Source of the DNA: Candidatus Binatia bacterium
Lineage (GTDB): Bacteria; Desulfobacterota; Binatia; Bin18
Direction: 5' to 3'
Assembly (NCBI GenBank): GCA_963664395.2
Contig: OY761159.2
Coordinates: 480,001 to 544,000 of the forward strand
DNA: 64,000 bases
The position numbers and the translations under genes are program-made. This document shows, in pieces, positions 1-11,900 of the stretch. Within the stretch, counting starts at the first letter, position 1. The number at the start of each line of letters is the position of its first letter. The notes below the pieces were generated by a model. That model did not search any database. It saw nothing but the letters and a program-made list of their open reading frames with translations, and was not told the DNA's origin.

Positions 1-1
1 T

Positions 2-448
2 CAAGCCACCAAGCAGATTGCCGCCCAACAGCTACGCGGCACGCCGCCCATCTCCTTCATGCATGACCTTGTTCGCCTGCACTATGCAGAGAATCGAGGC
101 GCTTTTCTCGGACTCGGCAATACACTTTCACCCGAGCTGCGCTTCTGGCTGCTCACCGTTGCCACGGCTGTGCTGCTGATGGGCTTAACCATCTTCCTGA
201 TCGTACAGTGGAACACCGCTCGTCTTTCGTTCATTGCGCTTTCTTGTGTCCTAGCGGGCGGGATGGGGAATATGATCGATCGGCTGTTGCATGACGGGCG
301 GGTCATAGATTTTCTGAACCTCGGCCTTGGCTCACTCCGGACGGGCATTTTCAATATCGCCGATGTCGCCATAACGGGCGGCGTCGTGCTGCTCTGGATC
401 GCCAGCTGGCGGGCGCGCCCCAAGCCGAACGAGCCGGCTACGCCCTAA
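2..448 (+). CDS. lspA: Lipoprotein signal peptidase II (5'-partial, begins before the window)
   Basis: Frame is open from position 2 (QATKQIAAQQL). Motifs ENRGAF, GGMGNMIDR, VIDF and IFNIAD are typical of peptidase A8. Confidence 0.92.
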   Translation, partial: QATKQIAAQQLRGTPPISFMHDLVRLHYAENRGAFLGLGNTLSPELRFWLLTVATAVLLMGLTIFLIVQWNTARLSFIALSCVLAGGMGNMIDRLLHDGRVIDFLNLGLGSLRTGIFNIADVAITGGVVLLWIASWRARPKPNEPATP

Positions 449-550
449 TATGTGATGTCGGGCACCACCGCGCTCACAAGCCGTTTCAACTCTCCCCACA
501 TGGTGCTAAGGTCTCAGCCCAGCTCGTACAACAGTAAGAAAGGAGTCAGT

Positions 551-940
551 ATGGCCAAAGATGTTGTCATCCCAAAGGGAATGGAAGCCTATTACAACGA
601 TTTTCATTTTGCGCCCGCAATCAAGGATGGAGATCGTCTCTACTGTTCCGGCGTGATCGGGGTGGGCGAGGGGTATAAGGTTTCGGACGATCCCGAAGCG
701 CAGTTCACCCAGGCGTTTGAACATGTCAAATCCACGCTGGAGGCGGCCGGTGCGTCATTCGACAATGTGGTCGAGATGACGACCTTTCACGTCGATCTTC
801 AAAAAAACATCCAGGCATTCATGAAGGTCAAAGACAACTACATGGCAGACCCCTACCCGGCCTGGACGGCGATCGGTATCACCGAGCTGGCATTTCCAGG
901 TGCCTTGGTTGAGATAAAAATCATCGCCCGGTTAGCGTAG
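551..940 (+). CDS. RidA/YjgF/UK114 family protein
   Basis: AGGAG RBS before ATG 551. Motifs [30 protein letters not shown] and LVEIK. Confidence 0.85.
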   Translation: MAKDVVIPKGMEAYYNDFHFAPAIKDGDRLYCSGVIGVGEGYKVSDDPEAQFTQAFEHVKSTLEAAGASFDNVVEMTTFHVDLQKNIQAFMKVKDNYMADPYPAWTAIGITELAFPGALVEIKIIARLA

Positions 941-960
941 ATATAAGGGATTTGGGACTG

Positions 961-1018
961 GGGATGAGGGGTTCGGGAAGAAGACACCCCATGGTTTCCC
1001 GCCCTCACCCCTCATCCC
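961..1018. repeat. Intergenic inverted repeat (GGGATGAGGGG ... CCCCTCATCCC) with heptamer-like G/C runs
   Basis: 11-bp arms at 961-971 and 1008-1018 are exact reverse complements. Confidence 0.6.
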
Positions 1019-1035
1019 AAACCACTAACCCCCAC

Positions 1036-1479
1036 ATGAAACCGTTCTGGAAGACAAAATCACTCGCCGCTATGAGCCAGCGGGAGTGGGAGTCTTTATG
1101 CGATGGCTGCGGACGCTGCTGCTTGAATAAACTGGAAGACAGCGACTCCGGAGCCATTCATTACACCAATGTGGCCTGCCGTCTGCTCGACCTCAAACGC
1201 TGTCGCTGCAAACACTATGACCAGCGGGCGCAGCTCGTCCCCGACTGCGTGCGGCTCTCGCCCAAAAATCTGCACAAGATCAGTTGGCTGCCGCATTCCT
1301 GCGCCTACCGCCGCCTGGCCGAGGGCCGCGACCTGGCCTGGTGGCACCCCCTGGTCTCCGGTCGCGCCGAGACCGTCCACCAAGCCGGCATCTCGGTCCG
1401 AGGCAGAGTGGTCTCCGAGGAGGCCGTCCCACCCGAGGCGTTTGAAGACCATCTGATCGACTGGATCGAACACGACTGA
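1036..1479 (+). CDS. YcgN/UPF0260 family cysteine-cluster protein
   Basis: [39 protein letters not shown] and WHPL match the family. Confidence 0.88.
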   Translation: MKPFWKTKSLAAMSQREWESLCDGCGRCCLNKLEDSDSGAIHYTNVACRLLDLKRCRCKHYDQRAQLVPDCVRLSPKNLHKISWLPHSCAYRRLAEGRDLAWWHPLVSGRAETVHQAGISVRGRVVSEEAVPPEAFEDHLIDWIEHD

Positions 1480-1481
1480 GC

Positions 1482-1509
1482 GGGCTTCGACAAGCGTAGC
1501 CTGAACGGG
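1482..1509. repeat. CTTCGACAAGC-type dispersed REP-like repeat
   Basis: GGGCTTCGACAAGCGTAGCCTGAACGGG. Related copies lie at 24109-24160 and 58880-58927. Confidence 0.55.
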
Positions 1510-1545
1510 TATAGTCGGCAGCGCATATTTGCCACGGAGTGATAC

Positions 1546-2553
1546 ATGGGTCAAAAACGCTGGTCGCTATCGGTTCCGCTGGAGGAATTCAGCCTGACGG
1601 AGCATGTTGAAATTGCGCGCGAGGCCGCACAGGCCGGCTATACCGATGCCTGGTCAATGGAGGTCGATGGCATTGATTGTTTTGCCCCGCTGGCAACACT
1701 TGCCCAGGCAACAGACCTGCGGCTGGGCACGGCGATTGCCAATGTGTATACGCGCGGGCCGGCGACGTTAGCCATGAGCGCGGCGGGACTGGCTGAACTC
1801 GCACCGGGCCGTTTTTGTCTGGGAATCGGCGCGGGCTCGCATCCGATTGTTGAATTCTGGAACGGTGGCAGGTTTGCTCGCCCGGCAATCCGTGTGCGGG
1901 AAATGCTGGCCTTCTTGCGTCAGGCCTTTACCGGGGAACGCATCACCTTTGAGGGCGAGACCTTTACGGTCAAAGGCTTTCGGTTCAGCCGCCCGCCACA
2001 GAACCCCATTCCCATTCACGTCGGCGCGCTGAAACCGCTGATGCTGCGTATCGCCGGTCAGTATGCCGACGGGGCGATTATCAACTGGCTCTCAGCCGAT
2101 GATGTCAAAAAATCGGTGTCAGTCGTGCGTGAGGCGGCCCAGGCGGCCGGCCGCAATCCTGACGATGTGGAAATCACCGCCCGGCTGTTTATCAGTGTTG
2201 ACCCGCCCGGCCAGACGGTTGAGACCGGCATCCGGCGGCATATCAATACCTATTTGAACGTACCGGTGTATAAGGCCTTTCACGAATGGCTGGGTCGGAC
2301 GGACCTGCTGGGCCCCATGTGGGATGCCTGGGCCGGAGGAGACCGCAAGGCTGCCGTGGCCGCGGTACCGCCGGAGGTCATGCAGGATTTATTTATTCAG
2401 GGCTCACCGGAAGAGATGAAAGCGCATATTCAGCGCTATCTGGATAACGGGGTGGACACCGCATTTCTGCAAATGCAGTCATTTGAAACTGATCCGGCTC
2501 AAAAGCGTGAAAATATTCTACACGCGGTCCGCAGCCTCGCGCCAGGAGCATAA
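1546..2553 (+). CDS. LLM-class (probably F420-dependent) oxidoreductase
   Basis: LRLGTAIANVYTRGPATLAMSAA, GRFCLGIG and ADG motifs; luciferase-like family. Confidence 0.85.
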   Translation: MGQKRWSLSVPLEEFSLTEHVEIAREAAQAGYTDAWSMEVDGIDCFAPLATLAQATDLRLGTAIANVYTRGPATLAMSAAGLAELAPGRFCLGIGAGSHPIVEFWNGGRFARPAIRVREMLAFLRQAFTGERITFEGETFTVKGFRFSRPPQNPIPIHVGALKPLMLRIAGQYADGAIINWLSADDVKKSVSVVREAAQAAGRNPDDVEITARLFISVDPPGQTVETGIRRHINTYLNVPVYKAFHEWLGRTDLLGPMWDAWAGGDRKAAVAAVPPEVMQDLFIQGSPEEMKAHIQRYLDNGVDTAFLQMQSFETDPAQKRENILHAVRSLAPGA

Positions 2554-2558
2554 ACCTC

Positions 2559-3056
2559 CTAACGTCGTTCAAACGCGGAGAGCAGCAGATACAGCACGCC
2601 CAGGCCCAGATTGGCTTTCACCAGTTGGGTGTAGCGGTGGTGGAGCTGGGTAAACTCGTCTCGAAATATCTGTTTTGTCACATCAAAATTATCAAAATCC
2701 TGAATCTCTACGGTCCGCAGATATTCCAACCGGTCGCCCACGACCAGGGCGTAATAGACCAGCGTGACAACCATGGTGACAACCAGCACGGTCTTCACAA
2801 AGCGCACGGCCGTCCACCAGTCTGAGCGCAGCAAAAAGTAAATCGCCGACACGGCCAGGCACGCGGCCGCAATAAATTCGAGGCGGTTCAGCTTCGCCAG
2901 CACCGCGGCATTCACATTTCCAGCCAAGTTGATCGTGGGCAGTTCTTGAAAGACCGTGCCGGCCACAGCAAAGCCGAACCCGGCCAACGCCCCGACCCAG
3001 ACGCCGGCAGCGAGAGTTTCTACAAATACAAAGACGCGATCAAAAAATTTCTTCAT
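2559..3056 (-). CDS. DUF4149-like membrane protein
   Basis: Four hydrophobic segments, WVGA...FAVAGTVF and the C-terminal F..LH..Y motif. Confidence 0.65.
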   Translation of the reverse strand: MKKFFDRVFVFVETLAAGVWVGALAGFGFAVAGTVFQELPTINLAGNVNAAVLAKLNRLEFIAAACLAVSAIYFLLRSDWWTAVRFVKTVLVVTMVVTLVYYALVVGDRLEYLRTVEIQDFDNFDVTKQIFRDEFTQLHHRYTQLVKANLGLGVLYLLLSAFERR

Positions 3057-3075
3057 GCGACGCTCTCCACGCTCT

Positions 3076-4002
3076 TCACTTGAACAGCCCTACCCCAGCC
3101 TCTTTTCCCAGCACATGCCGGAGTGCACGCTCAAGACTGGGATAGCGAAATTCATAGCCTGTCCGCATGAGTACACGCGGCTCAACACGGGTGCTGGCAA
3201 GCAGGAGGGCATCGGCCATCTCACCAAAGGCGAGCCGTGCCGCAAACGCCGGGACAGGGAAAATAGTCGGACGGCCCAGGACCGTGCCGAGCGTCCGGGT
3301 ATATTCTCGATTGGTCACTGCCTCGGGACCAACCACATTGATCGGGCCACTGACTTCGTCATGGCTGAGAGCGTGCTGAATCACCCCAACAACGTCGTCC
3401 AGCGCAATACAACTCATATACTGTCTGCCCTCGCCAATAACACCACCCAGGCCGAGCTTAAACGGGAAGAGCATTTTTTGAAGCGCTCCGCCGGCAGGAC
3501 TGAGGACAACCCCAATCCGCAGCAAGACAGTCCGTATCCCCGTATCGGTCAGCGCCGTGGCAGCAGCCTCCCAGTCACGACAGACCTCGGCCAGAAACCC
3601 CTCCCCCGCCCCACTCTCTTCAGTCAGCGTTTCTTCTCCACGGTTGCCGTAATACCCAATGGCTGAAGCGCCCACAAAGACTTTGGGCGGCCGGGCACAT
3701 ATTGCAAGTGCGTCGCACAGGACCCGTGTCCCCTTGACGCGGCTGTCCCGAATCCGGCCTTTGCGTTGCGGGGTCCAGCGCCCCGAGGCGATGTTCTCAC
3801 CGGCAAGATGCACGACGGCATCAAAACCTTCCAACCCGGCCCGATCTATCCTTCCCTCAGCCGGAGACCAGGCGACTTCACTTTCTCCCGCCTCAGCAGG
3901 GACCTTGCGAACCAGACGAGTCACGCGGTGACCAGCCATGGTCAGAAAAGAGACGAGCGCGGAACCAACCAAACCGCTTGCACCGGAGACGAGCACGTTC
4001 AT
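3076..4002 (-). CDS. TIGR01777 family NAD-dependent epimerase/oxidoreductase
   Basis: GASGLVG Rossmann motif, VVHLAGENI, IRDSRV, SAIGYYG, FLAEVCRDWE and GLGG..G.GRQYMS. Confidence 0.9.
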   Translation of the reverse strand: MNVLVSGASGLVGSALVSFLTMAGHRVTRLVRKVPAEAGESEVAWSPAEGRIDRAGLEGFDAVVHLAGENIASGRWTPQRKGRIRDSRVKGTRVLCDALAICARPPKVFVGASAIGYYGNRGEETLTEESGAGEGFLAEVCRDWEAAATALTDTGIRTVLLRIGVVLSPAGGALQKMLFPFKLGLGGVIGEGRQYMSCIALDDVVGVIQHALSHDEVSGPINVVGPEAVTNREYTRTLGTVLGRPTIFPVPAFAARLAFGEMADALLLASTRVEPRVLMRTGYEFRYPSLERALRHVLGKEAGVGLFK

Positions 4003-4046
4003 GGGTATTCCTCCCGACTTGCGCCGCTGACTCAAGACCTCTGTTC

Positions 4047-5240
4047 TCATTGCATCCTTCCAAATATATCAGGCGCAGCCCTTTTTTCAGCATAGCCGGT
4101 CAACTCAACATAGCCGTCGCCTTCAAGTATTTGTCCCTGGATTGTCCCCTGGGCGCGGACCGCGCCTTCCCAATAGCGGATCACTGTAAGCATTTCCTGG
4201 TCCGCCAGATAGGGCGTAATCGTCAGGTCGATTGCCTCGCTCGGAATACGCAGCCGCCACTGAGATGGGTAGATCGTTCCGTCAACCGGGCTCTGCCAGG
4301 TTTGCAGGACATCAATCTGAAAGTCCGCCAAGGTCAGCGCCCGCGTTGTCCCATCCGCCCTGACGAGGCTGCCACTGCTCAACGGATGGATGTCACCGGC
4401 TGTCCGGCGCACCTGATACAGCATCACCTCTTGGCCGTTTGAGAGCTGCAACGCAAACCAGTCCCAGCCCCGCACATCCTCGCTGAGCACACTCGTACCC
4501 CATTCCCGGTCCATCCAGCTCAATCCCTGTACCTGGAATTCTTCCGCGCCGATACGCAGGACTCCGGCTGACCGGAGGCGCGTCAGTGAATAATAATACG
4601 ACGCGTTCCCCGGCCCCACGCCTTTCTGACTCAAGCCCTTATCCCCATGGAGGACGATGGGTTTGGCCGGGGTCAGCACGAGCTGCAACCCAACCTCGTT
4701 TTCTTCAGCCGAGAGCCGCATGGACAAGGGCTGAGCCGTATCCTCGGCCACAGACCAATCTTCGAGCCAGACACGAAAGGGCCGGGCCGACGCACCCGCC
4801 AGGCCGAGCGCCACACGACTGAAACGTTGGAAGACGTGGAACTGCCCCGCGGCCACATCGCTCACCGCAAAATGCGCCATAGACACATCCCGGGTGCCCC
4901 AGGCCGAGGCGCGTTCCGGCTGACCGTGCGGCGCGGTCAGGGCCGTGCGGAAGAACGTCAACTGAAACCCGAAGTGTCGCCCGGCAGCGGATTGCAGATT
5001 GCCGGTGTAATACCACCATTCCGTCCGATAGGCCGGGTGCGGGCCGTGGTCGTCCGGAAAACGAAACTCGCGCTGTCGGTCGGCTCGCGCAAAGCCGGCG
5101 ACGTCTCCACCCAAGGCCCGGCCGACCGACAGCCTGGGTTCCGCTGCCGGGTACTCGGGTGCCGACCCGAACAGATACCAGCCGCCCGCTCCGCTCAGGC
5201 AGAGCAACAGGCCGGCAAGAAGCAACCGGTAGCGAGGCAT
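4047..5240 (-). CDS. Secreted lipocalin-like CrtC/AttH-family protein
   Basis: Signal peptide. FPDDHGPHP, EWWYYTG, SYYYS, WMDREW, WDWFALQL, YWEG and GYVELTGY. Confidence 0.85.
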   Translation of the reverse strand: MPRYRLLLAGLLLCLSGAGGWYLFGSAPEYPAAEPRLSVGRALGGDVAGFARADRQREFRFPDDHGPHPAYRTEWWYYTGNLQSAAGRHFGFQLTFFRTALTAPHGQPERASAWGTRDVSMAHFAVSDVAAGQFHVFQRFSRVALGLAGASARPFRVWLEDWSVAEDTAQPLSMRLSAEENEVGLQLVLTPAKPIVLHGDKGLSQKGVGPGNASYYYSLTRLRSAGVLRIGAEEFQVQGLSWMDREWGTSVLSEDVRGWDWFALQLSNGQEVMLYQVRRTAGDIHPLSSGSLVRADGTTRALTLADFQIDVLQTWQSPVDGTIYPSQWRLRIPSEAIDLTITPYLADQEMLTVIRYWEGAVRAQGTIQGQILEGDGYVELTGYAEKRAAPDIFGRMQ

Positions 5241-5248
5241 ACAACTCC

Positions 5249-7810
5249 CTATTCCTCTCGTAACGCAAGTGCCGGCGAGGTATACGCCATGCGCAGGGCC
5301 GGATACAAGCCGGCCAGCAGAGCAGCCCCGACCGCCATCAGCAACGCCTGCACCAGGACCTCCGGGGCAATCTCGATTTGGAGTGTCCAGCCAAACGAGC
5401 GGCGATTGATGACCCGGACCAGAATGAGCGCCAGCCCCATTCCGACCGGTATGGCTAACAGCCCGGCCACAAGCCCCATCAGACCGGTCTGGGCGGTCAT
5501 GAGTCTCCAGAGCTGACCCGGAGTGAAGCCGATTGCCCGCAGCACCCCAAGTTCACGCCCGCGTTCAAGCTGGAGCGCCATCAGCGCGCTCAGCACCCCA
5601 ATGAAGGCTACCACAGTGGTGAGGAGATGCAGGACGGTCGTGATGGTGAAGGTGCGGTCGAAGACTGCGAGCGACGCTGCGCGCAAGGTCCGATTTGAGC
5701 GGATGAGGACAGCGTGCTCTTCCCCGGCCAGCCTTCGGAGTGAGTCCACGAGCCGGTCCACATCGGTGTTGGGCGTGGCATACACGCCAAGAGAGGAGAT
5801 CTTCGGGTCGTGCCACCACTGCTCATACGTGTGCCGGCTCAGCATCACAATGCCCTGGTCCGAGCCATAGTCGGTAAAAATCCCGGCGACACGAAACAGG
5901 CGTTCCCCCCGGTCCGTCCGCAGCTGAATAGCAGCGTCGAGACTCAGCTTGTGCCGATAGGCATAGGGCTCGGAAATGATGACCGCTGCATCATTTTGAA
6001 ATGCCGGCCAGATGGATTCGGGCTCACCGGCAATGAACGCAAAGGCCGCATAGCTGCGTTCCGCCAGATCAAGGGCAACCAATTGCGTCAACCCCAGGGA
6101 GGATTCAACCTGTAGTCCGCGATAGGTATTCACCCGCGCCACGCCGGGGGCAGACGACAAGCGAGCAATCAGCGCCGGGTCAAGCGTGGCATCGCTCCGG
6201 CGTGCAATCAGACTTGGCGGGGCAATATAGACATCGGCGTGGAGTGAGGATTCCAGCCACCTCACCACGGTTTGGCGAAAGCTCTGCACCATAATGCCGA
6301 CCCCAACGGTCACGGCCACAGCCACCATGAGCGCGGCGATTGCCACCGCGGTCCGGCTCAGCGTGGCCACCACGCCCCGCCCACACAAGCGCCCCAGCAG
6401 CCCGCCCCACGCGCTCAGCAGAGGTTGGAGCAGGCGGATGCAGCCCACAGTCGTCAACGGCGTCATCAGAACGCAGCCGAGCAACACCCCGAACAGGGAG
6501 CCGAAACTCAGCCACAGATTCGTGCCCGATAGCCACAGACCACCGAGCCCGACAGCCAGGGTCAGCAGGCCCAGGAGTGCGGTGCGGGGTGCCGTTTGCT
6601 GAGCCCCTGTCTCAAGGGTTGAACGCTGCGCAGTCAGGCGGGGCGTCGTAGTCGTGGCTTCCCAGGCCGGCAGGAGTGCGGCCAGCACGGTTGCCCCCAT
6701 GCCGAGCACTATGCCTTTGCCGAGCACGAGCGGGGTCAGGGCAAGTTCCCGCACGGTCAGGACAAAGTACAGGTCGGTAATCGTCTGCGTCACGAGCCGC
6801 ACCAGGCCGTGGCTGAGGACAATACCCAGCGTCAGTCCGACGATCGTGCCACCAACACCCAGCAGCGCGGCTTCGCCCAGGATGACGGCGCATATCTCCC
6901 GCCGCGTGACCCCCTGAATGCGCAGCAAGCCCAGCAGTCCACGCCGCTGCACCACGGAGAAGGTCATGGTGTTATAAATCAGAAACACCCCGACGATCAG
7001 CGCCAGCAGGCTCAACGCACTCAGATTGAGATGAAAGGCCCGCGTCATCTGCGCAATGGCCTGGGAACGACCGCGCGACGACAGGACTTCCGCGCCGGCC
7101 GGCAGAATCCGGCGAATCATTGCCAGGAGTTTTTGCCCCCCCTCACCCTCAGGGGCAAGGACATCTATCCGACTGAGGCGGCCCACCAGCCCGAGGATTT
7201 CCTGGGCCGTTGCAATATCCGTAATGAGCAGGTTTTCAACTGCGCTGGCGTTCTCGCCGGGGTCAAGGGTCCCCACCAGCGTAATCGCCCGCTGCCGCGT
7301 TCCAACCCGGACGGTCAGGGCGTCGCCGATACCGAGGCCAAGCTGCCGGGCGGTGCCGGTGGTCAGCAATCCGGTCGCCGGCTGGGTCAGCAACGCCCGA
7401 AAGTCATTGTCGGGCGTTGCGCCCAGGGGGGCCAGATACGGCCGGAAGGGGGCCTCGGCAAAGGCGTCCACGCCGAGCAGATGAAAAATTCGGCCCGGAG
7501 AGCCCGGGACGGCAACATCGCTTTCAACCACCGGTGCAATCGCCCGGATTTTTCCGGTCACGCGCAGTCGGTGATACACGTCCTCGGACAGCCCATTGGG
7601 TCCGCCGACAATTTGATGCGTCGCCCGCCCGACAATGCTCTGCGTGGACAGCAGAAACGCCCGCCGGGCGCTTTCGTTCGCCAGGTCAATGGCCACCACA
7701 ACCGCAACCCCAAGAGCCACGCCGAGTAGCGACAGCCCCAGCTGCCACGGGTGTTGGCACAAATAGCGCAGGCTGGACCGCCACAACAACCTGCTCACCG
7801 GCCGGCTCAT
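5249..7810 (-). CDS. ABC transporter permease, duplicated MacB/FtsX-like domains
   Basis: Two repeats of TM + periplasmic + FtsX C-terminal domain ([13 protein letters not shown]; [13 protein letters not shown]); ends PALALREE. Confidence 0.88.
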   Translation of the reverse strand: MSRPVSRLLWRSSLRYLCQHPWQLGLSLLGVALGVAVVVAIDLANESARRAFLLSTQSIVGRATHQIVGGPNGLSEDVYHRLRVTGKIRAIAPVVESDVAVPGSPGRIFHLLGVDAFAEAPFRPYLAPLGATPDNDFRALLTQPATGLLTTGTARQLGLGIGDALTVRVGTRQRAITLVGTLDPGENASAVENLLITDIATAQEILGLVGRLSRIDVLAPEGEGGQKLLAMIRRILPAGAEVLSSRGRSQAIAQMTRAFHLNLSALSLLALIVGVFLIYNTMTFSVVQRRGLLGLLRIQGVTRREICAVILGEAALLGVGGTIVGLTLGIVLSHGLVRLVTQTITDLYFVLTVRELALTPLVLGKGIVLGMGATVLAALLPAWEATTTTPRLTAQRSTLETGAQQTAPRTALLGLLTLAVGLGGLWLSGTNLWLSFGSLFGVLLGCVLMTPLTTVGCIRLLQPLLSAWGGLLGRLCGRGVVATLSRTAVAIAALMVAVAVTVGVGIMVQSFRQTVVRWLESSLHADVYIAPPSLIARRSDATLDPALIARLSSAPGVARVNTYRGLQVESSLGLTQLVALDLAERSYAAFAFIAGEPESIWPAFQNDAAVIISEPYAYRHKLSLDAAIQLRTDRGERLFRVAGIFTDYGSDQGIVMLSRHTYEQWWHDPKISSLGVYATPNTDVDRLVDSLRRLAGEEHAVLIRSNRTLRAASLAVFDRTFTITTVLHLLTTVVAFIGVLSALMALQLERGRELGVLRAIGFTPGQLWRLMTAQTGLMGLVAGLLAIPVGMGLALILVRVINRRSFGWTLQIEIAPEVLVQALLMAVGAALLAGLYPALRMAYTSPALALREE

Positions 7811-8589
7811 CCGGCTGCCTCAGCGGAGTGCGGGGTGTCATGCGCAAGCAGATGTCCGTCGCGCATAGTCAGCACCCGGTCGGCCGTGCCGACTACCTCG
7901 CTGCTGTGGGTGACCATAATCAGGGTTTTGCCGCGTTTCCGCGTCAGCCGGTCCAGAAGATCAAGCACGTGCCGGCCGGTCTCGATATCCAGGTTGCCGG
8001 TTGGTTCATCCGCCAACAGCAGCAGGGGATCATGGACCAGGGCACGGGCTATGGCCACGCGCTGTTGCTCCCCGCCGGACAGCCGGTCGGGAAAGCTTCG
8101 GGCGCGGTCGGCTAAATCTACGGCGTCCAGCAGGTCGTAGGCTTGGTGTCGGTCTGCCGTCCGCCCATTCAATTCCAACGGCAGCAGCAGATTTTCTTCG
8201 ACGGTCAGAGTGGGGATCAAATTGAAAAATTGGAAGATAAAACCAATATGCACACGGCGGAATAACGTGCGCTCGCGTTCACTCAGTCGAGTGAGATTCA
8301 CTTCGCCCTGCTTGCCCTGCTTGGCAAGATCAGTCTGATCGGTGGAGAAGACGACTTCACCGCTGGTCGGCAAGTCTATGCCGCTTATCAAATTGAGAAG
8401 TGTGGATTTTCCAGACCCGCTCCGTCCGAGCAGAACGGTAAATTCGCCGGAGTGTATGGAGAGGTTGACCTGACGGAAGACCGGATGGGTCCGCTCGCCT
8501 TCCTGATACACCTTGGTCAGATTTCGCAACGCGATGAGGGGCCGGCCTGACCGGCTTCGAGACCGGACTATTTTCTCCTCACTGCTCAT
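7807..8589 (-). CDS. ABC transporter ATP-binding protein (LolD/MacB-like)
   Basis: Walker [10 protein letters not shown], signature [14 protein letters not shown], Walker [12 protein letters not shown]. Confidence 0.92.
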   Translation of the reverse strand: MSSEEKIVRSRSRSGRPLIALRNLTKVYQEGERTHPVFRQVNLSIHSGEFTVLLGRSGSGKSTLLNLISGIDLPTSGEVVFSTDQTDLAKQGKQGEVNLTRLSERERTLFRRVHIGFIFQFFNLIPTLTVEENLLLPLELNGRTADRHQAYDLLDAVDLADRARSFPDRLSGGEQQRVAIARALVHDPLLLLADEPTGNLDIETGRHVLDLLDRLTRKRGKTLIMVTHSSEVVGTADRVLTMRDGHLLAHDTPHSAEAAG

Positions 8590-8731
8590 CTTACCCCCTG
8601 CTCCTTCCCTCTGCTTTTCGACGCTTTCCCATTGTATAGACGTGACACAAACTGAGAAGCCCTGCGGCTCTTGTGAGGGTGGTGTTGAGCGTAGAGGCTT
8701 GGCGATATACGGAGAGTACCGGCAACGTGAG

Positions 8732-8965
8732 CCTCCTGGTTTCTTATGGTCCATCCTGGGTGCTGTGGGTGGACCGCTGAGCTATTATGTCGGCGTGCGC
8801 CTTGGGGTACTTACCTGTATACCCGCTGTGACGGTCACGCTACCGGTCCTGGCCGGTGTGTGGAGCCTGGTTGTTCCCGGCCTGCTGTGGCTGAGTCCGG
8901 ACTATTTCTTTACCCGGTCGTCCCAATCGTCTGGAGATGACGAGGGAGCACCGGCGGACACGTAG
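8732..8965 (+). pseudogene. 3' fragment of a DUF2878-like membrane protein gene
   Basis: [19 protein letters not shown]...LAGVWSLVVPGLLWL resembles the DUF2878 C-terminus. No convincing 5' half or RBS. Confidence 0.55.
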
Positions 8966-8973
8966 GTCGGCCC

Positions 8974-11900
8974 CTACGCCTGAGTGGACGGTTGTCCGCG
9001 CCGGGTTCGCAGCGCGTGTGGAATACGCTGGAGATCTTCCAAAATCAAATACGAGGCCGGCAGCAGTACCAGGATGATGACGGTTGCAAACAAAACACCG
9101 AAGCCGAGAGAAATCGCCATAGGCACCAGGAAGCGAGCCTGGAGTGAGGTCTCGAAAATCATCGGCATCAAGCCGAAAAACGTCGTCAGCGAGGTCAGCA
9201 AAATAGGACGGAACCGGCGAGCAGCGGCCAGACTGATCGCCTCACTGGCTGAGAGCTGCTGAGTCGTGCGTATCGTATTGGCCGTCACCACCAACACCAG
9301 CGAGTCGTTAATCACCACCCCGGCCAGGGCAATGATCCCAAACATGCTGATAATGCTCAGGCCGTAGCCGAGCAGGAGATGGCCCAGGATCGCGCCAATG
9401 ATCCCGAACGGGATGCTGAGCATGACGATCAACGGCTGGCAGTAACTGCGGAACGGCACGGCCAGCAGGCCGTAGATACCCAGCAGCGCAAACAAAAAAC
9501 CGATACCCAGCGCCTCAAGCGATTCTTGTTGAGACGCCTGCTCACCTTCCAACACATAACTCAAGCCGGGGTATTTCTGCATGAGCGTCGGCAGCTCCCG
9601 GCTGAGCACCTCGGCAATAATGGTATTGGCGTTGGACACGCTTTCGTCCACATCCGCGGTCACGGCAATAATCCGTCGGCCTTCCCGCCGGCGGATTTCG
9701 GTATAGGCGTAGCCGCGTTCAACGGCCGCAGCCTGAAAAAGCGGAATCTCGCCCCCTTGGTCCGTGCGCAGCATCAAGTGTTCAACCGTGTGGGCGGTAC
9801 GACGCTCCTCCTCGGGCAGCCGCACCATGACCCGGACTTCGTTGCGCCCGCGCTGCTGTCGTAGGGCTTCCGCCCCGTAGAACGCGCTCCGGACCTGTCG
9901 GGCCAGGTCGGTGGCGTTGATGCCCAGGCTGCGCGCTTCGGGTTTGAGCGTCAGGCTCAACTGCGGCTTGCCGCGGGCAAAGCCGTCGTCAATATCGCGC
10001 ACCCCGGCATACCCGGCCAGGGCGTGGGCCAGCTCCGTTGCCGCGGCCTCCAACGTGGGCCGGGCGCGGTGCGTCAACTGGATATCGATGGCCGCACCCT
10101 CATTGACGCCGGTCTCGGCGTCAAACGTCAGGGTTTCGATGCCGACGATACGCGCGGTCGCCGCCCGCCAGGCGTCCACAAATTCAAGGCTGCCAATCTC
10201 GCGCTGATCCGACGGCACGAGCGCCACTTGCACGCCCACCAAGTGACTTCCGCCCGCGCCCCGGCTGCCGGCACCGGGCGGGCCGAACCCCTGGAGCGCG
10301 CTTCCGATCTGGGTGTACACGCCGCGCAGGATGGCGGCCCCGCCGCTTGTCTCGACGGTGGCGGAGGCCGCGTCAAGCAACTCTTGCTGGACACGGCGCG
10401 CGGTCCTGAGCGGCACACCAAACGGCAGCGTGGCCTGGGCATTCACCACGTCGGCGTCAATACGCGGAATAAAACTGAACTGCACATAGCCCCCGCCCAC
10501 CGCGCCGGCCGCCAGAATCAGCATGGCTATGCCGGTTGCGAGCGTGGCGTAACGGTTGGCCAGGGCGAAGCGCAGCCAGGGTTGATAGCCCTGCGTAATC
10601 CAGCGCTGCAAGAGCGAAGCAAAAAGGTGACTCGGCTTCCCGAGCACGGCCCACACCCGATTCTCGGGCGTCTGGCGAGACAGGTGGGCCGGCAGAATGA
10701 AGAGCGACTCAATCAGCGACACCGCAAACACGGCAACCACAACAGCCGGGATTTGACGAAAGAAATTCCCTATGGCGCCGGGCACAAAAAAGAGGGGTAA
10801 AAACGCCACGATATTGGTCAGAACGGCAAAGAGTACCGGTGCCGCTATTTCTTTGGTCCCTTCGACCGCGGCCTGCAAAAAGGGCAAGCCTTGCTCGCGC
10901 TTTTCATAGACGTTCTCACCGACCACCACGGCGTCATCCACCACAATGCCCAGGGTTACGATAAAGGCGAAAAGGGAGAGCATATTGATTGAGGCACCGG
11001 TTATCGGCAGAAACAGAAACGAGCCCAAAATGGAGATGGGAATGCCCAGGGTCACCCAGAAAGCCAGCTTAGGGTCAAGGAAGAGCCCGAGCAGCAGCAA
11101 TACCAGTACCAGCCCCAGGAAGGCGTTTTTCACCAACAGGTTGACGCGGTCGCGGTAGATTTCGGACCGGTCGTCCCAGACGGTCAGCCCGATTCCAGGC
11201 GGCAGGTCGGGCGCGATTTCGGCCACATAGGCCCGGACGGTATCCGAGACCGACTGCGGGGTTTCATTCCCCACGCGAAAGATCTGAACCTTGACCGTGC
11301 GTTGCCCGTTGAAAAACGCCTCCTCGTCGGTCTCCTCAAAGCCGTCATGAATATGCGCAATATCGCCCACTAGAATCTGCGACCCGTCCGGCGCGGACGC
11401 CACCGGGATGTTGGCGTACTCGCGGGCAAAGTCGCGTCGTTCCTGGGTGCGCAGCAGCACTTCGCCGCCCGAGGTTTTCACCCCGCCGGCCGGGAGCTCA
11501 ATTGCCGCTTCACGGACCTCACGCGCAATGCGATCGAGGGTCAGGTTATAGGCCCGCAGGTTCCGCTGCGGGACCTCCAGGCTGATCTCCAGCGGTCGGG
11601 CTGCCGCCAACTCGACCAGAGTCACGCCGGGCCGTTGCAGCAGATCGTCTCGAATGCGCTCAGCCAGATCGCGCAGGGTCTGCTCGTCCTGCGGACCATG
11701 CACCAGCAGGGTCAGCACCTGGTTGCGCACCTCAACCAGGCTGACGATCGGCCGTTCCGCCTCCTCGGGGAACGACAGAATACTGTCCACCACGTTTTTG
11801 ATATCCTGGAGCGCCTTGCCCGTATCCGTGCCGGTCAGCAGCTCAATCGTCACTGCGGCGCGGCTTTCGGTCGCCATGGCGGTCACTTCCTTGACCCCGT

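Noticed and set aside
983-995. GACACCCCATGGT 13-mer identical to the start of the MaoC repeats
   Set aside because: The match does not extend on either side, and isolated 13-mer matches are expected by chance in 64 kb.
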